From positions 1 through 33,456 of IMG/VR virus record IMGVR_UViG_3300027772_000091: a stretch of DNA of 33,456 nt; one strand, given 5' to 3'. Shown here piece after piece: positions 7,230 to 16,637 of the stretch. Each line of letters starts with the position of its first letter. Positions within the stretch are counted from its first letter, which is position 1. Origin of the DNA: a virus (Duplodnaviria > Caudoviricetes). The position numbers were made by a program, and so were the translations under genes. The notes under the pieces were generated by a model. The model was given only the letters and a program-made list of their open reading frames with translations. It had not been told where the DNA came from and made no database searches.

Positions 7230-7733
7230 TTAAGATAAAAACAAAACTACTTCAGCTTTGCGTCTTTTGACAAGCCCAGAAACCTCTTTGCCACCCGCCT
7301 TAGTCCACGACATAAAAGCCTCGGCTGCCCCATCCCAATCACCACGATTGACCTTCATGCGGATGGTTGACCTTTGGTAGTTCCCTAACCCTGCGTTGTA
7401 CGCAAAAGAGACAACAGCGTCGAATTTGCTTTGATGACTAGCAAGATTAGGAGAAAGTCGAAGAACACCACGTTCAAAAGTATTGATGTCAACCTTGAAC
7501 AGATTGACCAGTTCATCTTTAGACCAGACACGATTGTCTTCCCCTTTTAGTTGATAGTCAGACCTGATAAGCCCTGTGTAACCCTCTTTACGCACGTTTG
7601 GCAAGGCTAATTGGTCTGCATACATAGCGTGACCCCACCCGACAGTCCAAATGGCAGCAGAACACCGATAAGGCTTGTTTCTGTAGCCTTCAAAGAAGTG
7701 CATCAGATGTTCGCCTTTTTCGCTGATTTTCAT
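7230..7733 (-). CDS. Endolysin, GH24 phage lysozyme
   Basis: FEG...PYRC.A..WTVGWGH (E-x8-C-x5-T); FDAVVSFAYNAG; GLVKRRKAE..LF. Confidence 0.92.
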   Translation of the reverse strand: MKISEKGEHLMHFFEGYRNKPYRCSAAIWTVGWGHAMYADQLALPNVRKEGYTGLIRSDYQLKGEDNRVWSKDELVNLFKVDINTFERGVLRLSPNLASHQSKFDAVVSFAYNAGLGNYQRSTIRMKVNRGDWDGAAEAFMSWTKAGGKEVSGLVKRRKAEVVLFLS

Positions 7734-8233
7734 TTCTTAGCCCATGAACGTGAGCCAAACCAAAACCCGATAATTCCTCCAAGCATTGCCATTTCATCGC
7801 TAGAGAAAATAACGTCAGTAACCCGAATCAAGTCATCCATGTTGTTAACCAAACTAGGTCTGCTGTAAACGTAATAGGCAATCCATGCGTTAATTGCACA
7901 CAACTCAAAGATAAATATGTAAGTCACAATAGGTCTTACAGTACCTACAAAGTTCACTACCCAAGTGCTTGCTCTTTCCATGATTTTCTCATCATGCTTT
8001 AAAGCAGCCTCAGTCATCTGGGCATCTGTTTGCATGGCAATCTGGTCTGTGCGAATCTCCTCCATGCGCTCTTGAGCCTTAAACCCTTGAGCCATCATCT
8101 GTAGTTGTAGTTCTACTTGAACCCTAGCCAAAGCTAACTCATGCCTTTGGTCATCTTTGTTCTGGAAAAAGTCTAGTAGTTTTGGTAAGCCAGAAATTAG
8201 CAAACCACCAAGTGTAGAAAATAGAGATAGCAT
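7730..8233 (-). CDS. Putative holin (GTA 3TM-holin-like)
   Basis: Hydrophobic N-terminus, coiled coil, VRP.VTY TM segment, C-terminal GFWFGSR; directly upstream of the lysozyme. Confidence 0.7.
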   Translation of the reverse strand: MLSLFSTLGGLLISGLPKLLDFFQNKDDQRHELALARVQVELQLQMMAQGFKAQERMEEIRTDQIAMQTDAQMTEAALKHDEKIMERASTWVVNFVGTVRPIVTYIFIFELCAINAWIAYYVYSRPSLVNNMDDLIRVTDVIFSSDEMAMLGGIIGFWFGSRSWAKK

Positions 8234-8382
8234 TACAGTCCAATCTTTCCAAGTAGGAGATTAACAATTTTGTCCGACAAATCGTCAGGCAAAAACTTCA
8301 GAAAACCAAGGGCGTATAAAGCCACACATCCGTAAACGAATATCTTTAGGCATAAGTCAAAGGTCTTTTGGTACTCATTCAT
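8233..8382 (-). CDS. Small membrane protein (49 aa)
   Basis: Translated by hand: MNEYQKTFDLCLKIFVYGCVALYALGFLKFLPDDLSDKIVNLLLGKIGL; coupled at both ends. Confidence 0.65.
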   Translation of the reverse strand: MNEYQKTFDLCLKIFVYGCVALYALGFLKFLPDDLSDKIVNLLLGKIGL

Positions 8383-8882
8383 CTGCCACATCTACGAGTA
8401 GTTGCACAGAATTCCATCAACTCATTTACGCCAACAAAGACTAAAAACAAAACAAAGAATATTCCACCTATTGCCAAACCAATCTCTAGTTGTTCTTGCT
8501 CTTTCTCTTTGGCTTTCTTTGCTTCTGCCTTCAATGCACTTATCTCTTTGGCATCAGCCAAGTCCATCTCTGCTTGACGGGCTTTAATCTTGTTCCAGAC
8601 ATCGATCTTGCCTGTTTGCATAAAGAGCATCTTTAACTCTTCCTCAAACGCTCTAGCTTGCTCTAAAGCCATCTCAATCTGCAAAGCCGTGCCCATGTTG
8701 GAACCCTTGCCAGACTGTTTAGCTTGAAGCATGGCCTTGGTAGCAGTTGACTTTGCATCAAACAGCTTACCAATCATAGGTGCAAGTGAGCCTAAGTCAT
8801 TGGCAACCTTACTTGCCTTTTTGACCATGCTAATAGCGGATTGAATACCCGCTAAAGCCGTCATTGGATCTATAGGGATCAT
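8379..8882 (-). CDS. Coiled-coil protein with C-terminal TM helix (lysis cluster)
   Basis: MIPIDPMTALA...; TM LAIGGIFFVLFLVFVGV; C-terminal CATTRRC. Confidence 0.75.
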   Translation of the reverse strand: MIPIDPMTALAGIQSAISMVKKASKVANDLGSLAPMIGKLFDAKSTATKAMLQAKQSGKGSNMGTALQIEMALEQARAFEEELKMLFMQTGKIDVWNKIKARQAEMDLADAKEISALKAEAKKAKEKEQEQLEIGLAIGGIFFVLFLVFVGVNELMEFCATTRRCGR

Positions 8883-9004
8883 TTCTTTTCTACCTTCTTC
8901 CATTCAATACAGTAGACTTTTCGGTTGTACACATCCCCAACCCACATCCACTTGACACACCTGTACTCAATAGATACAGCCAGTAAAAAACTAATTAACT
9001 CCAT
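8879..9004 (-). CDS. Small Cys-pair, Trp/Lys-rich peptide (41 aa)
   Basis: Translated by hand: MELISFLLAVSIEYRCVKWMWVGDVYNRKVYCIEWKKVEKK; stop overlaps the next ATG. Confidence 0.5.
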   Translation of the reverse strand: MELISFLLAVSIEYRCVKWMWVGDVYNRKVYCIEWKKVEKK

Positions 9005-9087
9005 ACCCAGATAATTACTGAGAATGACCAAACGATAAGGGCAACCATACCGACTGCCGCAATTGTTGCAAGCAGCCAGTCTTTCAT
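8995..9087 (-). CDS. Single-TM micropeptide (30 aa)
   Basis: Translated by hand: MKDWLLATIAAVGMVALIVWSFSVIIWVWS; starts 1 nt after the upstream stop. Confidence 0.5.
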   Translation of the reverse strand: MKDWLLATIAAVGMVALIVWSFSVIIWVWS

Positions 9088-9088
9088 G

Positions 9089-11215
9089 TTATCTAGGAAG
9101 CAAGAAACGCTCAGTACCATACTCAGGCAACTGACCTAATCCATAGTTTGTCAATGGATTGGAAGTTACTCTGTTTAACAGTCCTGGCGCTTGTGGTTGC
9201 GAACTAGGCAACATATTGCGTTGGAATACTGGACTAGTGATTCCTGCTCTTACTGCTGGTCTACCCAATACAGTAGCAAGCAAACTAGGATTCTTTGCTG
9301 AAGCAGCGGCAACACCTGCGGCTCCAACATCTAATGGGCTGATGCCAGGAACACTACCAATTCGAGCTACATTTTGGAATGCAGTTGGATATGCGGCAGC
9401 GGCATTTGCTAATGTCTCTAATTCGCTTGGAACAATCTTTCCTGCTGCCGCACGTTGTCCAAGTTTTGCAAGTGAAACATCACCAGTTACAAGATTTAAA
9501 GATTTTTCAATTGTGTAACTTTTACCAATAGCTTTTTGAGCTTCTTTAAAGTTATCAAAAACATCATTTTGACCAAAGTTTTTAAGATTTCTCGCCGCTA
9601 ATTCTTCAAGTTGTTTAGCAGCAAACTTTTGAGCCTGACCAAGACTTCTGTTTGCTGGGTCAGCAGACATAACATTAGATTCGCCATCGTATCTTAGGCG
9701 CTTCATTTGTTCAACAATGCCAGTACCATCAAAATTCATTTGTTTTAAGCCATTTAAAACTCTGAGTTCTGCTGTGACATCGGTTGTATTAGCTAATTTT
9801 TGTAATTCAGTAGTTTTTTTATTTATATCAGTAATAAATGGTCTATCTGCATAGTATGTTGGGTTAGCTTTTAAAGCTTCATATGCTAAACCTTTTTCAG
9901 CCCTAAAATTTTGTAGAGCATTTAAGTCAACTGGCGTATCAGGTGCAAGATTTAAAAATTTACGAGTTTGTACATTGCCTAATTCTTGATTCTTAATAGA
10001 CGCAACTTGACCAGTTTGTTGTTTGCCAGAGAACCCTTCAAGCAATTTGTTTAGCATTGATGGATTAACTTGAGTAGGTGGCAAAGTAGCGCCTTGAGCA
10101 ATAGCACGTTCAGCAACCAATTGAGCCTGAGTTAATTGAGCTGGCGCTTTAGGCGTAGTCAATGCACTAACAGTAGCCGTAGGAACAGTCAAAATACCAC
10201 CTACAGCCGCCTCATTAATAACTTGAGCAGGATTGATAGTTCCAGTATTGGCTTGTTGCGCTGCAGCAGATGTTAATGCGGCAGTAGTGCCACCAGTAGC
10301 AACATTCTGAGCCAATGCAACAGTTCTAGGAGCCGCTTGCATCAATGCAGTAGGTGTTGCAGAAACAATAGATTTCTGCATAGCCCCTGGCAACAATAAA
10401 TTAGTAGGATCAAGCAAGCCAGTAGCCATGCCACCAACAAGCAATCCTGGACGCTCTGTGGCAACTTTATACGTGCCTTTTAAAATGTCACTTACAGATG
10501 GAGTTGGTGCGGCAACTGGTTGTTGTTTGGTGCGATCAATGCCAAGGTATTCATCTGACAAGCCAAGCTTACTTAAACCACCTTTAATTCCTTGAGCCAT
10601 CAAGTCGGCAGCACCAAATATTAATTGTCCACCAGTAGTCTTACCACGCAATACATCTAATGGGTTAAAGCTTGCTGAAACATCTTGCATAAACTGGCTT
10701 CCACCAGATTTAGGTGGTTGTTGCTGAGCCAAAGGAACACCAATACCCGCTACTGGAGTCCATTCATCAGTTGGTGCTTTCTGTTGAGTGATACCAGTAA
10801 CTGGTGACCATTGTTCATCATCTTTTTGAGCCATACCTACCACCTTCTTAACGTAGTTTTGTGTTTCCTTAAATGGAGGAACACCACCATACTTCTCAAC
10901 ATTACCTGGGCCAGCGTTATAAGCAGCCGCTACCAAAGTAGGATCTTGGAATCGTTCTGTTAATTGGCCTAGATATTTAACACCACCACGGATGTTATCT
11001 CTCCAATCCATGCGATTAACACCTAGATCTTTAGCAGTAGCACCCATCAACTGCATAGGTCCATAGGCACGATCATTGAATCTTGTTTGTGGCCCTATAG
11101 CGTTGAAAGCACCGCCAGATTCAGCTTGAACAACACCTTGTACCAAAGAAAGAGGAACACCCTGGCGTTCTGCTTCTTCAGCAGCAAAAGCAAAGATTTC
11201 GTCTTTAGTTGCCAT
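9089..11215 (-). CDS. Internal virion / DNA ejection protein with N-terminal lytic transglycosylase (SLT) domain
   Basis: VVQAESGG...AYGPMQLM..TA..LG...NIRGG.KYL..L...AAAYNAGPGNV.KYGGVPPF.ETQNYV. Confidence 0.85.
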   Translation of the reverse strand: MATKDEIFAFAAEEAERQGVPLSLVQGVVQAESGGAFNAIGPQTRFNDRAYGPMQLMGATAKDLGVNRMDWRDNIRGGVKYLGQLTERFQDPTLVAAAYNAGPGNVEKYGGVPPFKETQNYVKKVVGMAQKDDEQWSPVTGITQQKAPTDEWTPVAGIGVPLAQQQPPKSGGSQFMQDVSASFNPLDVLRGKTTGGQLIFGAADLMAQGIKGGLSKLGLSDEYLGIDRTKQQPVAAPTPSVSDILKGTYKVATERPGLLVGGMATGLLDPTNLLLPGAMQKSIVSATPTALMQAAPRTVALAQNVATGGTTAALTSAAAQQANTGTINPAQVINEAAVGGILTVPTATVSALTTPKAPAQLTQAQLVAERAIAQGATLPPTQVNPSMLNKLLEGFSGKQQTGQVASIKNQELGNVQTRKFLNLAPDTPVDLNALQNFRAEKGLAYEALKANPTYYADRPFITDINKKTTELQKLANTTDVTAELRVLNGLKQMNFDGTGIVEQMKRLRYDGESNVMSADPANRSLGQAQKFAAKQLEELAARNLKNFGQNDVFDNFKEAQKAIGKSYTIEKSLNLVTGDVSLAKLGQRAAAGKIVPSELETLANAAAAYPTAFQNVARIGSVPGISPLDVGAAGVAAASAKNPSLLATVLGRPAVRAGITSPVFQRNMLPSSQPQAPGLLNRVTSNPLTNYGLGQLPEYGTERFLLPR

Positions 11216-11216
11216 G

Positions 11217-12773
11217 TTATTGGCCTACTGGCATTACTGTACCATCTGGCTTTTTAATTCCATACTTACCAGATTTACTTTGAACAAGTTGAAATCCAGA
11301 AGGCAAAACGGGTGCAGATGGATTTGTGGCAATTTGCTCATTAAGGAACTGATTAACCTTTGGATGGTTGTACAAACGAGGATTGTCTGGTGAGTTAGCC
11401 CATGCCGTATATATAGACTTTGGATCACCAGTATAAGCATCAATGAATCTCTGACGAGCATCATCTTTATCTGCTGCAGCAATCTCCAAAGCAGACACAT
11501 ACTTGGTAACAAACTTAGGATCAGTTACGCCAGTTGTGGCCTTATCAACAATGCCACCTTCAAACGCATTAGCATTGCCTTTAATGTTTCCTAAGCCTTT
11601 CAAAACACCTTCAGATCGTGTTTTGTTTAGCAAGTTAACATTGCCTACAAATGAATCAAATTTATCGCCAACACCAGGTATAGCCCGCATATAAGATGCG
11701 CCTGTAGCAAAAAACTCTGTAAGTTTATTTGGGTCAAGTTGTTCAGCAGCGTTATACAAATATTCAGCAGAAGTCTTACGATCTCCAACTGTCAATGCCG
11801 CATCAAGAGCAATTTCTGTAAATTTGCTATAATTTTTTGATGTCGCAAGATTGACTGCTTGTTGTGCAGGAGAAAGCTCAGAAACAAATCCACCACCTGC
11901 GCCTGTAGTAGCACCTGCGCCACCAACTGTAGCACCAGCAGGTTTTGTATAACCTAGCAATTCTGCACGTGATTTTGGTTGTTTTTGTTGTGTAACTTGA
12001 TTAACCACTTGCTCAACTTGACCAAAAGTACCAGCAATTGCTTTAGCAGTTTCACGTTCTTGCAATGATTGAATTGAACCATTCAGGTTTTGCACACCAA
12101 CTAAATTACCTGCTCTATCATAAAGAGGCTTTTCACCAGGCAGCGGAGTGTACGTTATATTTTGCTCAACAGCTTTTCCATATCCTGGTGCAGCAGAAAC
12201 ATTAAAATCTACATTTCCACCTTGTACGACAGGTCTTGAAACTAAACCAGATTTAGCATCAAAAGTTGGAATTCCACCAATTGCTTGCATATTAGGATTT
12301 AACAATATGCCACTTGGTTGCATCTTTGGTTGCAAAGCAGTAACTGTTCCAAGCATTGAGCTTTGTGAAGCACTAGGCAATGCAAGAATATCTTGCAAAG
12401 CATTTTGTATATTAAATGGTAAGCCTTGCGCTCTAGCACCTTTAATTTGCTCTTGTTGTGCCAATTGTTCGGGCATAACAGGACCCATGTACTCAGGGTT
12501 TGCTTCTTGGAATCTAGTAGGCGTGTACTTGGCTCGGAAGCCTTCTAAAGCCGCTTGATCTGCTTGAGCTTGTTGGCTCTTACGCAACATATCTTGCATT
12601 GTGATTGCAGTAGACGGAATATCAGATGCTGACTTGAAGCCAACACCAGGATCTCCGCTTAACAAACTACCAATTAGAAACTGCTGAGTAGCTTGCTTTT
12701 GCATAGCTGTTTTTTCAGCATCAGACAAGCCTGTTAATGCGGCTTCAGATAATAATCCAATATCAAAAGGCAT
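11217..12773 (-). CDS. Internal virion / DNA ejection protein
   Basis: 518-aa Ala/Gln/Gly-rich protein in the middle ejection-gene position. Confidence 0.65.
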   Translation of the reverse strand: MPFDIGLLSEAALTGLSDAEKTAMQKQATQQFLIGSLLSGDPGVGFKSASDIPSTAITMQDMLRKSQQAQADQAALEGFRAKYTPTRFQEANPEYMGPVMPEQLAQQEQIKGARAQGLPFNIQNALQDILALPSASQSSMLGTVTALQPKMQPSGILLNPNMQAIGGIPTFDAKSGLVSRPVVQGGNVDFNVSAAPGYGKAVEQNITYTPLPGEKPLYDRAGNLVGVQNLNGSIQSLQERETAKAIAGTFGQVEQVVNQVTQQKQPKSRAELLGYTKPAGATVGGAGATTGAGGGFVSELSPAQQAVNLATSKNYSKFTEIALDAALTVGDRKTSAEYLYNAAEQLDPNKLTEFFATGASYMRAIPGVGDKFDSFVGNVNLLNKTRSEGVLKGLGNIKGNANAFEGGIVDKATTGVTDPKFVTKYVSALEIAAADKDDARQRFIDAYTGDPKSIYTAWANSPDNPRLYNHPKVNQFLNEQIATNPSAPVLPSGFQLVQSKSGKYGIKKPDGTVMPVGQ

Positions 12774-12783
12774 AATTTACTCC

Positions 12784-14028
12784 TTAACCAATTCCAAGCA
12801 AACCAAGCAAACCTTGGCGTGAAGTAGATGTTGACTGAGCACCAGATCCACCACCAACATTGATACCCAATGCTTGATTGATAATCTGTTGTTGTTCCAA
12901 TGGGAGATTGCGGATGGCATCCAACTGTTGTTGTGAGAATCCTTGTTGCAATGCACCTTGTTGAGCAAGTTGATTGACACCTGCAAATCCCATTTGTTGG
13001 CCTTGACCTGCAATATTTGCAACTTGTCCTGAAGCACCCAAACGCTGTTGATTAGCTTGTAATCCCGCACCTTGATTTGCTAATGCAGCTTGTAAGTAAT
13101 TAGCAGCATTAAACTGCCCCATCTGATTTTGAGCCGCTTGATTAGCCAATGCAACTTGCTGTGCATTTTGTGTATTGAGCTGACCAACAGACAAATCAAT
13201 ACCTTGATTAGCAAGTGCGGCACGTAATGCTGCGTCTTGATTAGCCAAACCGAACTGACCTGCCAACTGCAAAGACTGCTGAGTTGTAGCCAAGTCTTGA
13301 GCTTGATTAAGTTGTTGTGCTTGCATAGAACGAGCCAAATCAGCCTCAGAAGCTCTTTGTGCAGCCTCATAACCAGCGGCATTTTGTTGAGCAAGCAAAC
13401 GAGCTGCATTCTCACCATAGGCACGATTGGTTTCAGCCTCTGCAACACCCTGACGAGATCCACCAAAAGCTTTAGACGCAGTAGCTTGAGCAGCAGTTCT
13501 TTGTTGTTCAAGTTGACGTGAACGCTCTAAATCAGACAAACTTTGTTGAGTAACTGCTTGTGTATATGGATTCATATACGCTTGGATATTCTGGTTTAAA
13601 AATGAACCAGCATTTACATCTCGAATGTTTGCTCTAGCTTGTGGTGCAATTTGACCTAAAGCTTCTGTTGTAACTTGTTGACCAGTAACACCTTGATTAG
13701 TAACATTTCTAATATCTCCTCTACCAAGTTGAGAAGCATTAGCTAAGTATGTTCTTGCATCACGGGATGATACTTGTTCTGGTATGTAGTTACTAACATC
13801 AGTAGCAATCCTATTAGCTTCACCAAGTTGCTTCATTTGTGGACTATTTGGATCTGCAAAGATACGTCCAGCTCTAAATGAATCAAGTTGATCTGCTGTA
13901 AAGCCTTCAAATTGACGAGCTTTTAATCCACCAGAAACGCTTTGTGCGCCTTGTAGATTAGTTAAAAAAGCATCCCGTAGTTGGGGATCCAACTGTTGTT
14001 GACTTGAGCTTCCACCACCTAGAGACAT
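12784..14028 (-). CDS. DNA ejection (pilot) protein, Gln/Ala-rich with LANQ repeats
   Basis: Starts MSLGGGSSS; contains YMNPY and AFGGSRQGVAEAE; hydrophobic C-terminus GLLGLLGIG. Confidence 0.7.
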   Translation of the reverse strand: MSLGGGSSSQQQLDPQLRDAFLTNLQGAQSVSGGLKARQFEGFTADQLDSFRAGRIFADPNSPQMKQLGEANRIATDVSNYIPEQVSSRDARTYLANASQLGRGDIRNVTNQGVTGQQVTTEALGQIAPQARANIRDVNAGSFLNQNIQAYMNPYTQAVTQQSLSDLERSRQLEQQRTAAQATASKAFGGSRQGVAEAETNRAYGENAARLLAQQNAAGYEAAQRASEADLARSMQAQQLNQAQDLATTQQSLQLAGQFGLANQDAALRAALANQGIDLSVGQLNTQNAQQVALANQAAQNQMGQFNAANYLQAALANQGAGLQANQQRLGASGQVANIAGQGQQMGFAGVNQLAQQGALQQGFSQQQLDAIRNLPLEQQQIINQALGINVGGGSGAQSTSTSRQGLLGLLGIG

Positions 14029-14029
14029 A

Positions 14030-14497
14030 TTATTCCCCTTGTATCCATTTAATTGCATCATCATGTGACGTAAAATATCGCCACATATCCGTACTAACAT
14101 CTCTCATTGCTTCTTGTCCTCTAAGCAATAAGACTATCATTGGTGCGATTTGTAATGAAATAATACGCAATGTGAGCGCATAGGCCCTGTCATTTGTATT
14201 ACCATTTTCAAGTTCTACAGAGTCTTGCCAAGCATTTATACTCTGGATCACTAACGGTATTAAAAATGCCTTATTAGCATTGAAGAACTCATTTGTAGGT
14301 AGCGTCACCAAAGCGTTCCAAAAGACAATATCTATGTCTTTTCTTGTAGGCTCTTTATCTTTGTCTACCAAGTCATCCCATAACTCGGCTATTCCTGACA
14401 AAGCGACCAAAAAGTCTACGGCACTCTGGTTGCCACCAAACCATTCTAGCAGTTTAGCGTTTCTTAATCCACGCCAATCTTCAGTATCGTGTTCCAT
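14030..14497 (-). CDS. All-alpha protein with DDxxD motif (isoprenoid synthase / prenyltransferase-like)
   Basis: IAELWDDLVDKD at the end of a predicted helix; helical sequence pattern throughout. Confidence 0.55.
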   Translation of the reverse strand: MEHDTEDWRGLRNAKLLEWFGGNQSAVDFLVALSGIAELWDDLVDKDKEPTRKDIDIVFWNALVTLPTNEFFNANKAFLIPLVIQSINAWQDSVELENGNTNDRAYALTLRIISLQIAPMIVLLLRGQEAMRDVSTDMWRYFTSHDDAIKWIQGE

Positions 14498-15972
14498 TAT
14501 CTTAAACCACCCGACTTACCATCAAATCTGATAGTTCCAAGTCGCCAATCAGATAATGTATTACCTTCAATCTTTACAGCTATCTGTCTACCAGTAATCC
14601 GAAAAGACGTTGGATTAGCCATAGTATATGGGCCATAGTCGAATTTTGTACCAGTTGGGTAAAACTTAGTACTAAATCTAGCCTTCACATCGCCCAATGT
14701 CTTTTCATCAGGAACAAGTCCATTAAGGCTTAAAACACGATCACCCGCACCCAATTCAACTGGTCCAGACTCAGCAAATATGGTCTGAGAATCATAAGCA
14801 TTACCTACTTCATGCTCATAAATATAGCCATCAGCAGAAACCATAATAGGATTGCTGAAGATACCCCGATCTGTACCGCAAGTACGAGCCAAAGTGCCAA
14901 CCGCCCAATGATTTTCCCTGTAGTTATAGCTTACATAGGAATCAACTTCATTGCTACCAGCACTAGGATAGAACCACCAAATCTCACCATAAGCAGATAT
15001 ATGAACTGCATAAATCTTAGATGCTTGGGTAGTATTTAAATTAGTAAATACATAGTCGCCAACGTCAGACTGAAGTGGCTTTACAAAACCATCAAATATC
15101 CAGAAGCCTGATTGAGACATCCAAATACATGAACTGTCAGTAGCTGCTACTGCTTGTTTGGAAATAACACCACAAGATGATGCAATACGCTCAAAACTGT
15201 AAACGTATGGTGGTCCAATATAAGTAGCCGTATGGACATCAACATCAGTAAACAGTATGGTAGCTCCACGAATGCGTTTAGCGCATTGCAAAGAACCAAT
15301 AGTGGTTAGCTCAAAGTCACCCGCTTGATTGGTAGCTTGAGCAGTCCAAACAGTATTGTTTTCTTGGTCAGACCAAGCAATTTTACGAGGATTACCAGAA
15401 GCACCCAAGGCAAATAAGAATCGTTCTTGAGTAGTTATCAGTCCTGTGCAACTGGTAGGAGCATTTGTAATGGCAACGGCATCATTTGCTACGTTTAATT
15501 GCCACTCAACAAGTCTTCCATCTTTTGTTGAGCAACCAACCAAATATTCACCCCATGTGTCTAAACTCCATGTTGTAGCAGGAGAAATAGCACCAATATC
15601 AGGTCTAGGTACACCATAAGCATAGCTCCCGTATGTACTGTAACCATAGCCAATCTTTGACACAGCATTTGCATCACCAACAACCAAACTGGATGGTGTA
15701 ATGTCTGTCAAAGTATTAGATTCACTTAAAGCATACAATTTTGAATGTGTACCAATTGCGATACGTCTATTGTTATTGTTATCACGCCAATTAATTAAGC
15801 CACGGGCTGAACCAGTTAATTGTGTTTCTGTACGCTTACGCCATCCACCAATAGGACGAATTGTTCCCTCAAACCAACGAACAAGGTTTGAAAAGTTCCA
15901 ACGTCCTTTAGATTGGTAATCTGTACCATTCTTATATACGCCTGGTGGAATCTGGAGAGGAATGTAGGCCAT
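14497..15972 (-). CDS. Tail nozzle / tail tubular protein B (P22 gp10-like)
   Basis: 491-aa beta-rich protein with WSDQE, EIWWFYP and YNY.EN.W motifs; just before the ejection genes. Confidence 0.7.
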   Translation of the reverse strand: MAYIPLQIPPGVYKNGTDYQSKGRWNFSNLVRWFEGTIRPIGGWRKRTETQLTGSARGLINWRDNNNNRRIAIGTHSKLYALSESNTLTDITPSSLVVGDANAVSKIGYGYSTYGSYAYGVPRPDIGAISPATTWSLDTWGEYLVGCSTKDGRLVEWQLNVANDAVAITNAPTSCTGLITTQERFLFALGASGNPRKIAWSDQENNTVWTAQATNQAGDFELTTIGSLQCAKRIRGATILFTDVDVHTATYIGPPYVYSFERIASSCGVISKQAVAATDSSCIWMSQSGFWIFDGFVKPLQSDVGDYVFTNLNTTQASKIYAVHISAYGEIWWFYPSAGSNEVDSYVSYNYRENHWAVGTLARTCGTDRGIFSNPIMVSADGYIYEHEVGNAYDSQTIFAESGPVELGAGDRVLSLNGLVPDEKTLGDVKARFSTKFYPTGTKFDYGPYTMANPTSFRITGRQIAVKIEGNTLSDWRLGTIRFDGKSGGLR

Positions 15973-15983
15973 GATATAAATCT

Positions 15984-16637
15984 TTATACAGATATGTTAG
16001 ATACAAAACTTATTGTAACAATTGCTGAAGGAACTGCTGGTCTTGTTGGACTTGTGCTTGTCCCAAAATGCTCAATACTTACACCAGTATTTTCAGTTCT
16101 CCACACAATCTCAACGTAATCATTAGCAGCCATCTCAACAAAAAAATTCAATGCAGCAATAATATGGCTTGGATCACCAGAGCCTTTTCTTGCTGGCGGG
16201 TGAAATCTGCTGTTTGAATTGTCAATATTTGTGCCATTCTTGCGAAACCAAATATCCACATCTTGACCACTATTGGTTGTGTTTTTTAGTTGAATGGAAA
16301 ACTGTAAGTTCCAGATACCATCATTAGCTACAGTAATTCTTGAGCCACTAGCTATAGAGACACCATTAGAAAAGTCTGTAGTATTGAATGTGACGGGATA
16401 GGCTGTAGTTGTGTCTGCTGCTACTTGGTCAGTTGAATCTTGAAAAGCCCCATAAGGGTTATTCATAAACCGCCCACCACGAATACCAAGTACCGAATTT
16501 AAAGAGTTAATTAGCTTAATAAAAAATATATTCAGAATGCCATTGTTCTGATTCTGTAAGGCAGAAGAATACAACTCTCCAGATGAAGCAAGCTTCGGAG
16601 CTGGAGGTGTATCTAACTGTTGCCTTAAATTAGCCAT
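15984..16637 (-). CDS. Putative tail/fibre structural protein with C-terminal jelly-roll-like domain
   Basis: PYGAF.D...Q...TAY..TF.TTD..NG...SRITV...G.WNLQFSIQ...DYVEI.W. Confidence 0.55.
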   Translation of the reverse strand: MANLRQQLDTPPAPKLASSGELYSSALQNQNNGILNIFFIKLINSLNSVLGIRGGRFMNNPYGAFQDSTDQVAADTTTAYPVTFNTTDFSNGVSIASGSRITVANDGIWNLQFSIQLKNTTNSGQDVDIWFRKNGTNIDNSNSRFHPPARKGSGDPSHIIAALNFFVEMAANDYVEIVWRTENTGVSIEHFGTSTSPTRPAVPSAIVTISFVSNISV

